Assembly (NCBI GenBank): GCA_049999805.1
Contig: JBNGIO010005794.1
Coordinates: 65,102 to 115,717 of the forward strand
Source: Folioceros fuciformis
Taxonomy: Eukaryota
Direction of reading: 5' to 3'
DNA: 50,616 bases
Shown: piece by piece, positions 11,306-22,214 of the stretch
Layout of the letters: each line of letters opens with the position of its first letter
How positions within the stretch are numbered: the first letter of the stretch is position 1
Made by a program: the position numbers and the translations under genes
Notes under the pieces: model-generated
The model's input: the letters and a program-made list of their open reading frames with translations, nothing else
Databases searched by the model: none
What the model was told of the DNA's origin: nothing

Positions 11306-11459
11306 CTGGTCTGAGCGTGAAGAAGGAATGAGTCGGGCATGTGCTTGTGAGGTCCCAGTCTGGGAATGTACGCTTCTCTAGGAACATACAGTATGTCACA
11401 AGAAGCCATGGACGTGTTTGCAGGGGTTGTGAAACCAGACGCCTTTACATGGGCTGCTC
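11306..11459 (+). pseudogene. Inverted, degenerate fragment of the N-terminal PPR motifs of the neighbouring PPR gene
   Basis: + strand encodes GLSVKK..ESG..MYASLG..QEAMDVFAGVVKPDAFTWAA, matching GLSVKKGYESG..MYASHG..EEAMDVFARVVKPDAFTWSA of the 8153-10876 gene. Confidence 0.75.
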
Positions 11460-11699
11460 TGAGTCGGTAAGAGTCGGGCACAACCACACGGGCTTCATTG
11501 ACCCTCGTCCACTGCCTGATGGGAGTTCGAAGTGGCTTTCTAGCAGAGCTTGACAAATTCTGCCCACTGAAAGCATTTCGATGCCGGTGGGCTTCAAGAG
11601 GCTCTAACAGGGAGAGCCAATCTCGTTGCTTGGTTGAGACCTTGACAGAAGTGCTTGCTCACTGAGCAGGGTCTAGACGCGAGCACTTGTGGTCTCCCC

Positions 11700-14600
11700 C
11701 CTACCCGCAACATCCTCTCTCTTTTCACCTACCAGAAATCTATGTACCTGCATGTTCACCTCAATGCTCGCCATGGTGGGTTTTCAGTTAGCTCCGGCTG
11801 CCTTTCTCAGTGTTTCAATCATGTCCACAGTGGCCCACCTGCCTGGATCTGTGCAGGCATTTGCTGATCCATGAGCACATATGGGGCTGCCTCCTAGGGC
11901 TCTCAGCCTTACAATGATTTCCAGACACCACAACGACCTCTCTAAATCCCCGTGACTTCTGCAGGCATTCAACAACGTCGTCTGTCCCACAATGTGACTT
12001 TGGCTCTCACATGACAATAGCTTCTTTAAGTGGCCTGCACGCCCAAGAAGATCAATCATGTGCAATTGTAATGTTGTCGGTAGGTCTGATGCCATGCAGT
12101 TCAGCCATGGAATCAAACAGATTGCGACCCTTGTGGAACAGTCCCTCATGACTGCATGCTGCTAGAAGGCAAGTAAAAGTAGCGTAATCAGGCTGAATAC
12201 CGGCAACTAGCATCTCATCAAAACAAGCTAGGGCTCGGTGACCATCGTCGTTAGCACCATACCCAGCTATCAGCGCATTCCATGTCACCACATCCTTTGT
12301 GGCCAGGCTGTCGAACACCCGGCGTGCAGCTTCCGGTTTGCCACATTTTGCATACATGTCCACCAGGGAGTTGCCCAACACTACATTATCCAGCAGTCCT
12401 CTTTCAACAATCTGTGAGTGCAGCCGGCTGCCCTTCTGTAAGGCACCGGTGCTCCCACAGGCTTTCAGAAGGCAAGGCAAAAGTAACATGGCTAGCCAAA
12501 AATCAGGCCCTTTTGTTCCATTTGTCCATACGAACAAGTGCCTCTTGGCCAAGTCCTTGCTGTGCATACCCAGCTATCAGGGCATTCCACATCACTACAT
12601 CCTTTGTCACCAAGCTGTCAAAAACCTGGCGTGCAACTTCCAATTCACCACATTTAGCATACATGTCCACCAGGCCGTTGCCCAACACTACATTATCTAG
12701 CAGTCTTTGTTTGACAATCTCTGAGTGCAGCTGCCTGCCCTTCTGTAAAGCACCAGTGCCTGCACGGGCCTTTAAAAGGCAAGCACATGTGACAGTCAGC
12801 CAAAACGACTACTTGTTGCTCCATTTGTTCATACAGAACAAGTGCCTCTTGGCCGCGTCCATGTTGTGCATACCCAGATATCAAGGTATTCCATGTCAGC
12901 ACATCCTTTGTGTTTATGCTGTCAAAAATCTTGAGTGCGTCTTCCAGTTCACCACATTTTGCATACATATCCACCAGGCAGTTGCCCACCACAACGTTAT
13001 CCAGCAGTCCTCGTTCAACAATCTGTGAGTGCAGCTGCTTGCCCTTTGTAAGGCACCAGTGCTTGCACAAGCCTTCAGAAGACGAGCAAAAGTCAGATGG
13101 TCGGCCAAAGTCTGGCCCTCCATCTCCATTCGCGCATACACAGCAAGCGCCTCATCTCCAAGCCCTTTCTGGGAATACCCAGTTATCAGGGCATTCCATG
13201 TCACCACATTCTTTGTGTTCAGGCTATCAAAAACCTGGCGCGCACCTTCTAATTCACCACATTTTGCATACATGTCCACTAGGCAGGTTCCCACCGTAAT
13301 GTTATCCAGCAGTCCTCTTTCCACAATCGGCGATTGCAGCTGGCCGCCCTTCTGTAAGGCACTCGTACTTGCACAGGCCTTCAGAATGCACGCAAAGGTA
13401 ACATGATTAGCCAAAATCAAGGCCTCCTGCTCCAATTGTCCATAAACAGCAAGTGCCTCTTGACCGAGTCCTTGCTGTGCATACCCAAAATATCAGGGCA
13501 TTCCCTGTCACCACATCCTTTGTGGCTAAGCTGTCAAAAACCTGGCGTGCATCTTCCAGTTCACCACATTTTGCATACATGTCCACTAGGCAGTTGCCCA
13601 AAACTCCATTCTTCTGCAGTCCTCTCTTGGCAATCTGCAAATGAAGCTGCCGGCCTTTCTGTAAGGCACCAGTGCTTGCACAGGCCTTCAGAAGGCAAGC
13701 AAACGTAACACGGTCAGCTAAAATCAAGCCCTCCTGCTCCATTTGTCCATACAGGACAAGGACCTCATGTGCAAGTCCTCGTTCGGCATACCCAGCTATC
13801 AGGGCATTCCATGTCACCACATCCTTTGTGGGCATGCTGTCAAAAACATGGAGTGCATCTTTCAGATTCCCACATTTTGCATACATATCCACCAGGCAGT
13901 TGCCAACAAACAAGTTAGCAGGCAGGCCACTGTGCAAGACATCAGCGTGCACTTTTTCTGCCAGATTCCAAGTCAGTGGCAAATGCACAAGCTTCCAGGG
14001 CAGCTACAAAGATATGACTATTAGCATTCACTCCTGACCTACGCATCTCGTGGTACAGTTGTATGGCCTCCATGGGTTTCCCACGTTTAGCATGTGCAGA
14101 GATGACGGAACCCCACATGATCGCATGTGGTTTGCCTACCCTGGTGAACACATCCATGGCCTCCTCTAGCCTACCTCCACCCGCATACATGGGCAAGAGA
14201 TGGTTCCCCAAGCATGCGTCTGACTCGTATCCAAGTTTGATACTAAGATCATGAACTCGTCGCCCTCTAACCAAATCCCTTTTAGCTGTACAAAGTTTCA
14301 GCACAGCGACAAACAGAGAAATAGCAGAGTCTTCCTGCGCTAGAGATTCCAGGGCTTCAACGGCCTCAGAAAGCTCCTGCTGACATAACGTGCTCACGGC
14401 TACAGCTGTAACGACAGCCATTTCTGATCCCGCACGCCTGCCAGGTTCAGGCTTACTCGGAGAGCTGGACTCGGAAGCAGAGGCACCATTACCCATTTGC
14501 ATATCCAAGGAAACAAGCTGCTCATCAACCCAAGCTGGCTTCAGCATGCTGTTCAACCGGACCTCGCTGGACCCTTTATGCCGGAAGTCAGGCGAACGGG

Positions 14601-14886
14601 AGCTCTTCTTATCTCGTCGGTTATCCCACCACATGGTAGGGTCCAGAAAGAATCGTTGCCACAAGTGCTCCAGCTCCTGGCAACGACCATGACCGGCGAC
14701 CCCGTCCCCACCCACAAATTTTCTCGGAACTGATGGTGCTGGGCTCCTTGCACACCTGCATCTGGACTCTCTGTTTGCCAGGAATCGACTGCCTAAGATG
14801 AGGTGAGCCGGAGTTTCTGGCATAAGCCTTGTACAGGCACCAATTTGTTGGGTCGACAACGGGTCCGGTTGCCATACTGTGGACAT
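11700..14886 (-). pseudogene. PLS-PPR DYW:KP-type pseudogene with N-terminal PDF motif (paralog of 15275-18202)
   Basis: PLS motifs are broken over several ORFs (13942-14886, 13407-13988, 12914-13435, 12693-13070, 12503-12688, 12052-12567, 11784-12149). C-terminus AAGAN*KPTMASIEV..VHRFLVGEKRED, truncated before HAE. Confidence 0.9.
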
Positions 14887-15274
14887 CCTTCAGGGACCGC
14901 TGTCGGGAGAAGATTTTAACTTTCCACAGGACATAGCAGGACATCCAGGCACGCCTTTTAGTCACATCATCTAAGTGCTGGCCATCTCGGGTGAACCCGA
15001 ACCCGGAGAACATCGTGAATACAGAAGCATGCGGGTGATGACGAAGCAAGGCAACGCATCTGACACACGCACATGAACCGTATGCACAAACAATTGGGTT
15101 TACCTTGCATTTCTTCCCCGCAACCACATAAGATTTTCGCCCGGTTTAACTCGTGCCCTACGACAGGATCGAAGACCGGGCCCGGCCAGGACGGAAATGA
15201 GCATACATACCATGAATGGATGACAGACACGGGGTGGTCACGAGCACAGAGCAAATGGTCATGGACATCATGTC

Positions 15275-18202
15275 TCAAGGTCGACCATTACAACTGCAAG
15301 CACCAGCTGCGAATCGATGCACACGGTATCCATCCCTTACAACGATGTCTCTCTTTTCAACCCTCGACATGATTTCCGTGGAACTGTGGCAGTCACTGCA
15401 CATGCGTAGATTCTTGGTTACCACCAAAGGTGTGCCACTGGGAGTGTTCAAAAGACCAAAAGCAAGGGCTAGCTTCTCAGCATGCCCACAAAGCGCATCT
15501 TCCTTTTCCTTCTCAGACAGTGGCTTCAACACCAACTGTGTGTGTGGTGTGTGGCCCCCTTCCTGCTTCAGACGTGCGTTCGTGCTCTCTGCCTTGCGCA
15601 CAATGTCATCTCTCTTTTCTCCCACTACAAATGTATGTATCTGATTCTTCACCTCAATGCCCGCCACTGCAGGTTTCTTGTTAGCTCCTGCTACCATTCT
15701 CTGTGTTTCAATCCTGTCTACATCGGCCCACCTGCCTGCATCTGCATAGGCATTGGCCATGAGCACATAAGCGGATGCACATTGAGGCTCCAGTCTAACA
15801 AGACCCTCAAAACACCGAGACGCCCTCTCTATATCTCCATGACTTTTGCAGGCATTCAGCAAAGATGTCAACCCCACAACATTACTTCGGCTCTCACATG
15901 ATCGTAACATGTTTTCTGCCTCATCTAAAAGCCCTGCACGCCCAAGAAGATCTACCATGCAATTGTAGTGCTCAACAGTAGGCCTGACGCCATGCTGTTC
16001 CGCCATGGAATCGAAGTGCCTGCGACCCTCATTCACCAGTCCCGCGTGACTGCATGCTACTAGAAGACACGTAAAAGTAGCCTCGTCAGGCTGAACACCA
16101 GCAACTAACATCTCCTCAAAACAAGCTAGTGCTTTGTGTCCTTCATCGCAAGCACCACAGCCAGCTATGAGGGCCGTCCATGTTACGCCATTCTTCGAGG
16201 GCAAGCTGTCAAAAACCCTGCGTGCATATTCCAGTTCGCCACACTTTGCATACATGTCCACCAGTGAGTTCCCTACCAGAACGTTATCTAGCAGTCCTCT
16301 TTCCACAATTTGTGAGTGCAGCTGCCTACCCTTCAGTAAGGCACCAGCGCTTGCACAGGCCTTCAACAGGCAAGCAAAAGTAACATGGTTACCCACAATC
16401 AGGCCCTCCTGCTCCATTGACTCATACAGGACAAGAGCCTCTTGACCGAGCGCATGATTTGCATACCCAGCTATCAGGGAGGTCCATGACACCACATCCT
16501 TTTTCGCCAACCCGTCAAAGATGATGCGTGCATCTTCTAGTTTGCCACACTTTGCATACATGTCCACCAGGCAGTTGGCCACCACTATGTTGCCTAGCTG
16601 TCCTTTTTCCACAATCTGTGAGTGCAGTTCCCTGCCCTTCGACAACGCACCAGTAATTCCGCAAGCTTTCAGAAGGCAAGCAAAAGTAACATGGTCAGGC
16701 ACAATCAGGCCCTCACGCTCCATTTGTGCGTACAGGACGAGCGCATCCTGACCCAGGCCTCGGTTGGCATATCCAGCTATCAGGGCATTCCATGTTACCA
16801 CATCCTTTGTGGGCAAGCTGTGAAAAACGCTGCGTGCAGCGTCTAGTTCTCCACATTTTGCGTACATGTCCACCAGGCAGTTGCACACCAGCATGTTACT
16901 TTGATGTCCTCTTTCCACAATCTGTGAGTGCAGCTGCCTTCCCTTCTGTAATGCACCAGCGCTTGCACAAGCCTTCAGGAGGCAAGCAAAAGTAATATGG
17001 TTGCTCACAATCATGCCTTCTTGCTCCATTCGTCCATGCAGAACAAGAGCCTCTTGGCTGAGCCCTTGCTGTGCATACCCAGCAATCAGTGCATTCCATG
17101 TCACCACATTTTTTGCTGTCAAACCCTCAAAAAGACGTCGTGCATCCTCCAGTTCACCACACTTTGCATACATGTCAACCAGGCAACTGCCCACAAACAA
17201 GTTTGTAGGAATCCCACTGCGCAACACATCAAAGTGGACCTTTTTGCCAGTGTCCAAGTCCTCAGCAAATGCACAAGCCTGCAGTGCTGCTACAAAGACG
17301 TGAGCATCCGGCTGTACACCGGAGATACGCATTTCATGGTACAGTCGGATAGCCTCATAAGGTTTCCCATGTTTAGCATGGGCAGATATGATGGAAAACC
17401 ACATGAAAGCATCCGGTTTTCCCACCCTGGTGAACACATCCATGGCCTCTTGCAGCCTACCTGCACCTGCATACATCCGCAAGATATGATTCCCCAAGAA
17501 TGTACTTGACTCGTACCCAAGCTTGACAGCGAGATCATGAACTCGTCGCCCGGCCACCAGATCCCTCTTAGCTACACACAGCTTTAACACAGTATAAAAG
17601 AGAGAGTGAGAGACAGGACAGTCGTTCTGCGCCAGAGATTCCAGGGCTCCAACAGCCTCCGTGAGCTTCCCCTGCTGACATAACGTGCTGACCGTTGCAG
17701 CCGTCCCTACTCCTCCCATTTTTGATCCTGCACGCCTGCCAGGCTCAGACCCACTCGGAGAGCTCGAATTGGAAGGAGAGACCCCATGGCGCATCTGCAT
17801 ATCCAAAGAAACGAGCTGCTCATCCACCCAACCTGGCTTGAACATGTTGTTCAACCAGAGGACCTCCCCGGACCCCTTGCGGCGGAAGTCAGGCCAGTGA
17901 GCACTCTTCTTACCTCTCCTGTTATCCCACCACATGGCAGGGTCCAGAAAGAATTGTTGCCACAACAGCTCCTGCTCCTGGACCAGGGCCTGGTCCTGCC
18001 GACCACTGTCGCTGGGAAATCGTGTCACATTCATCCATTCTCTCGAAACACCTGGGTCCCTCGCACTGCTGCACCTGCGGCCTTGGTTGTTTGCCAGCGA
18101 CTGACTGCTTGAGCTAAGGTGAGCGGGAGCTCCTCGAAGAATTCCTGTACACTCAGCAAATTGTTGGGTCCACAATGGATCCGGTTGCCATATTGTGGCC
18201 AT
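15275..18202 (-). CDS. Intact PLS-PPR-E1-E2-DYW:KP (GRP-ending) putative U-to-C organellar RNA-editing factor with N-terminal OSB-like PDF motif
   Basis: Intronless 975-aa ORF from ATG 18202. About 18 PLS motifs; KKPAVAGIEV box, LCGHAEKLALAFG, KNLRMCSDCH, HRFAAGACSCNGRP*. N-terminal WQQFFLDPAMWWDNRRGKKSAHWPDFRRKGSGEVLWL..PGWV. Confidence 0.95.
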   Translation of the reverse strand: MATIWQPDPLWTQQFAECTGILRGAPAHLSSSSQSLANNQGRRCSSARDPGVSREWMNVTRFPSDSGRQDQALVQEQELLWQQFFLDPAMWWDNRRGKKSAHWPDFRRKGSGEVLWLNNMFKPGWVDEQLVSLDMQMRHGVSPSNSSSPSGSEPGRRAGSKMGGVGTAATVSTLCQQGKLTEAVGALESLAQNDCPVSHSLFYTVLKLCVAKRDLVAGRRVHDLAVKLGYESSTFLGNHILRMYAGAGRLQEAMDVFTRVGKPDAFMWFSIISAHAKHGKPYEAIRLYHEMRISGVQPDAHVFVAALQACAFAEDLDTGKKVHFDVLRSGIPTNLFVGSCLVDMYAKCGELEDARRLFEGLTAKNVVTWNALIAGYAQQGLSQEALVLHGRMEQEGMIVSNHITFACLLKACASAGALQKGRQLHSQIVERGHQSNMLVCNCLVDMYAKCGELDAARSVFHSLPTKDVVTWNALIAGYANRGLGQDALVLYAQMEREGLIVPDHVTFACLLKACGITGALSKGRELHSQIVEKGQLGNIVVANCLVDMYAKCGKLEDARIIFDGLAKKDVVSWTSLIAGYANHALGQEALVLYESMEQEGLIVGNHVTFACLLKACASAGALLKGRQLHSQIVERGLLDNVLVGNSLVDMYAKCGELEYARRVFDSLPSKNGVTWTALIAGCGACDEGHKALACFEEMLVAGVQPDEATFTCLLVACSHAGLVNEGRRHFDSMAEQHGVRPTVEHYNCMVDLLGRAGLLDEAENMLRSCESRSNVVGLTSLLNACKSHGDIERASRCFEGLVRLEPQCASAYVLMANAYADAGRWADVDRIETQRMVAGANKKPAVAGIEVKNQIHTFVVGEKRDDIVRKAESTNARLKQEGGHTPHTQLVLKPLSEKEKEDALCGHAEKLALAFGLLNTPSGTPLVVTKNLRMCSDCHSSTEIMSRVEKRDIVVRDGYRVHRFAAGACSCNGRP

Positions 18203-18589
18203 CTTACAGGCAAATCTCTCGGACTGTGAGAAGCACAACGAATCGCGCAGACCGTTGTAGAATGCCTAGTTAGTGTGCATGACCATACCAACTCGGCCAG
18301 CATGGAGTCGGTCTCTCGGTTGACCGATGGCAAGGACATGAACTGCCTGTAATTTTGCAACAGCACGTCAAACCGCAGAGGATGCTTGATTATGGCCCAA
18401 AAATCAGTACCGGCCCTGCATGAAGCGAAGACTCACACGGCATTGATCTTTGCAGGACTTTACTTTGTGTATTATCTGAGTGACGATACATCCTATTTAC
18501 ATCATCTTCACGGTGATACATAGCGTATGCACAATGTCCGTGAACATGGATCATCACGCAATCGCGCTGTAGACAAAAACACTTCAGAT

Positions 18590-21120
18590 TTAGCTGGAAG
18601 TCCTACACTTTTCTCGCGGTGGACCCTCACAACTGCAAGAACCAGCTGCAAAGCGATGCACACGGTATCCATCCCTTACAACGATGTCTCTGTTCTCCAC
18701 CCTTGACATGATCTCGGTGGAACTATGGCAGTCACTGCACATTCGTACATTCTTGGTTACCACTAGGGGTGTCCCACTTGGAGTGTTCAAGAGACGAAAC
18801 GCCAGAGCTAGTTTCTCAGCATGCCCACAAAGCGCATCTTCCTTTTCCAGCTCAGAAAGTGGCTTCAATACCAAGTTAGTGTGTGGTACATGGCCCCCTT
18901 CCTGCTTAAGACGTGCATTCGTGCTCTCTACCTTCAGTGCAATATCGTTTCTCTTTCTCCCACCAGAAATGTATGTACCTGATTGCTCACCTAAAAACCT
19001 GCCATTGCAGGCTTCTTGTTAGCCCCTGCTACCATTCTCTGTTTTTCAATCCTGCCTACATCGCTCCCATCTACCAGCATCTGCATACACGTTGGCCATG
19101 AGGATGTATGCGGACGAACACTGAGGCTCTAGTCCAACGAGACTTTGGAAACACCGGGTGGCCCTCTCTATATCCCCGTGACTTTTCCAGGCATTCAGCA
19201 AGGACGTCAAGCCCAGAACATTGCTCTGGCTGTCACATGATAATAGCATGTCATCTGCCTCATCCAAATGGCCTGCACGGCCAAGGAGGTCAACCATGCG
19301 ATTGTAATGCTCAATAGCAGGTTTGACGCCATGTTGTTCAACCATGGCATCAAACAGCTGGCGACCTTCATCCACCAGTCCTTCATGACTGCACGCTCCT
19401 AAAAGGCAAGTGAAAGTGGTACTATTTGGCTGAATACCTGTGGCTAACATCTCCTCAAACCAAGCTAGTGCTTTATGACCCTCATCACAACTTCCACACC
19501 CAGCTATCAAGGCATTCCATGTCACCACATCCTTTGTGACCAAGCTGTCAAAAACCCCACGTGCATCTTCCAATTTGCCAAATTTGGCATACATGTCCAC
19601 CAGACCGTTGCCCACAAGTCCGTTATCTAACTGGCCTCCGTCCACTATCTGTAAGTGTAGCTGCCTGCCCTTCTGCAAGGCGCCAGCACTTGCACAAGCC
19701 TTCAGAAGGCGAGCAAAGGTAACATGGTCAGCCACAAGTAGGCCCTCCTGTTCCATTCTACCATGAAGAATAGGCGCCTCTTTGCCAAGGTCGTGGTTAG
19801 CATACCCAGCTATTAGGGCTGTCCATGTCACAACAGTTTTTTGTGGCCAAGCAGTCAAAAACCCTGCGTGCATCTTCCAGTTCGCCACATTTTGCATACA
19901 TGCATACTAGGCGATTGCCCACCCGTACGTTGTCTAGCTGTCCTGCTTCCACAATCTGTGTGCGCACCTGCCTGCCCTTCTTAATAGCGCCACAGCTTGC
20001 ACAGGCCTTCAGAAGGCAAGCAAACGTAACATGGTTTCCTGCAATCAGGCCCTCCTGCTTCACATCTTCGTAAACAGCCAGCGCCTCTTGGCCAAGCCCA
20101 TGATTTGTATACGCAGAAATCAGGGAATTCCATGTCACCACATCTTTTGTGGCCAAACTGTCAAAAACCCTACGTGCATCTTCCAATTCCCCACATTTTG
20201 CATACATGTCCACGAGGCAGTTGCCAACAAACAAGTTAGGAACGATGCCACTGTGCAGCACATCACAGTGCACTTGCCGGCCAGACTCCAAGCCCGCAGC
20301 CAATGCACAGGCTTGAAGGGCTGCAAGGTAGACGTGAGCATTGGCCTTGACGCCTGCACCGCGCATCTCAGAGCACAGCTTTATAGCCTCAATAGGTTGC
20401 CCATGTTTAGCATGGGCGGATACTATGGAAAATCACAAGAATCCGGCTTTCCCACCTTGGTGAACACATCCATGGCCTCCTGCAGCCTACCTCGACGAAC
20501 ATACATCCGCAAGATATGATTCCCCAAGTACGTACTTGACTCATACCCAAGTTTCACAGTGAGATCTTGAACCCGTCGTCCCAAAACCAGATCCTTCTTA
20601 TGTGCACATAGTTTCAGCACAGTGTAAAAGAGAGACCGGGAAATAGGACAGTCCTTCTGCGCCAGAGATTCCAGGGCTCCAACAGCCTCACTAAGCTTCC
20701 CCTGCTCACATAGCGTGCTCACGGTTACAGCTGTTGCACGCCCCTTGCCGTTCCTGCACTCCCCTTGCCGTTCCTGCAAGCCTGCCAGGCTCAAGTTTAT
20801 CCGGAGAGCTCAACGTGGAAAGAGACGCACCAAGACCCATCTGCAAATCCATAGAATCGAGCTGCTCATCCACCCACCCTGGCTTGATTTGTCGCCACGA
20901 CTGCTGCTGCTGCTGGTGCCCCTGCTCCTGAGGTCCACCGTTGCAGGAAACGCCATTCCCAGTCATCCATTCTCCGCGAACTGCTGATGGGTTCCTAACA
21001 ATGCTGCACCTGGAGACATTGTTGTTTTCTCGAACCTGGCCTCCAGGAGTCAGCTCAATCGGAGGTCCTCGCAGAATCCCTGTGCACTCACCAATTTGTT
21101 GAGTCCCTCCAGAGGCCATG
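18590..21120 (-). pseudogene. PLS-PPR DYW:KP pseudogene (paralog), PDF core deleted
   Basis: Frameshifted ORFs 20706-21149, 20423-20794, 19797-20366, 19046-19897 and 18590-18874. DYW:KP end HAEKLALAF..CSDCH..CSCEGPPREK with altered terminus. Confidence 0.9.
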
Positions 21121-22214
21121 GGAGAGCAGAATGTCCAGCAACTTGGCATACTACACCAACTTCAGCGAGGTCATTCCAGGCGGAATAGAGCACGTCAACG
21201 ACACCATCAAAACATGAATACTACACCCCTTCGCGCAATGGCAAGTTGATAACCCGTTCTGATATTTGCTGACCACCACGCTGACCGATAGTACTCTTAT
21301 CAAAGCTTTGTTACAAAAGATTTGGAGGATAGGCCATAGTAGCCTACTATCGGTCATTTTGGGGGATAGGCAAAAATCTGTTTGCTTGCCCTAGTGTCTG
21401 AGAATGGATTCGCACGGACATTGAAAGTGAACCAACTCGGTGAGTCAGATGCGCAAACTCACTTCTGCCTCTTGCCATTTCAGCTGCGCTTCGCATCATG
21501 ACGTCTAATAACACCCCACTGCATAGACCCATCTGCCTCTGCACCCGCCGCGTACAGTCATGGGCACGGGCCCATGCCCTCTTCTTTGGCTCGTGTTTGC
21601 CCTTCCACTACCGCTACTGCCCCTTCAGCGTTTTTAGGGTACTGTGCCTGCCGGGCGTCTGCCTGCAAGCCCCAAACAGACTGTTCGCTACCCGCCGGCC
21701 ACATTTCACTGTCTAGGGGATATGCTGAGGTCGACCACCCGGTTGTTTATAGTCTAAACTGGGGCTACAGGCTGCACCCGTGGCCGATTTCAAGCCTCGT
21801 CAGAAATGCTGGAATCGGCCGTGCGCCCACCTGCGACCGGACATGCCGAGATGCTACAATCGGTTTCCCAAAGTCGGCCTCACCGGATGGCTACCCCTCT
21901 ACTGCCCCCTCCACAACCGCGCAGTAGGTTAATTGCTCACCACGTCCATATTCCATAGGCCACACTCTCACGAGATTTTGCAAAGTGACTGATCGATTAA
22001 CCAAGCAAGTACAATTAAGAGTCGCATGATGGTGCAAGACGAACCGTCGTGACTGATTGGGTGCAAAACCCTAACCAATTAAACAAACATAAATTAATGT
22101 ATCTCAAATAATTCCATTCTAAAATGATGAGTGCGTAATCTACTTTAACACTCCCACTCGCACGAAAAGCATTAAAGTTTCTAAACATCTTCATTGTCTT
22201 GTAGACACAGTTAC

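Noticed and set aside
8192-20990. Many + strand ORFs overlapping the PPR genes
   Set aside because: These are antisense shadows of repetitive PPR codons (recurring PHFAYMSTR) with no independent coding signal.
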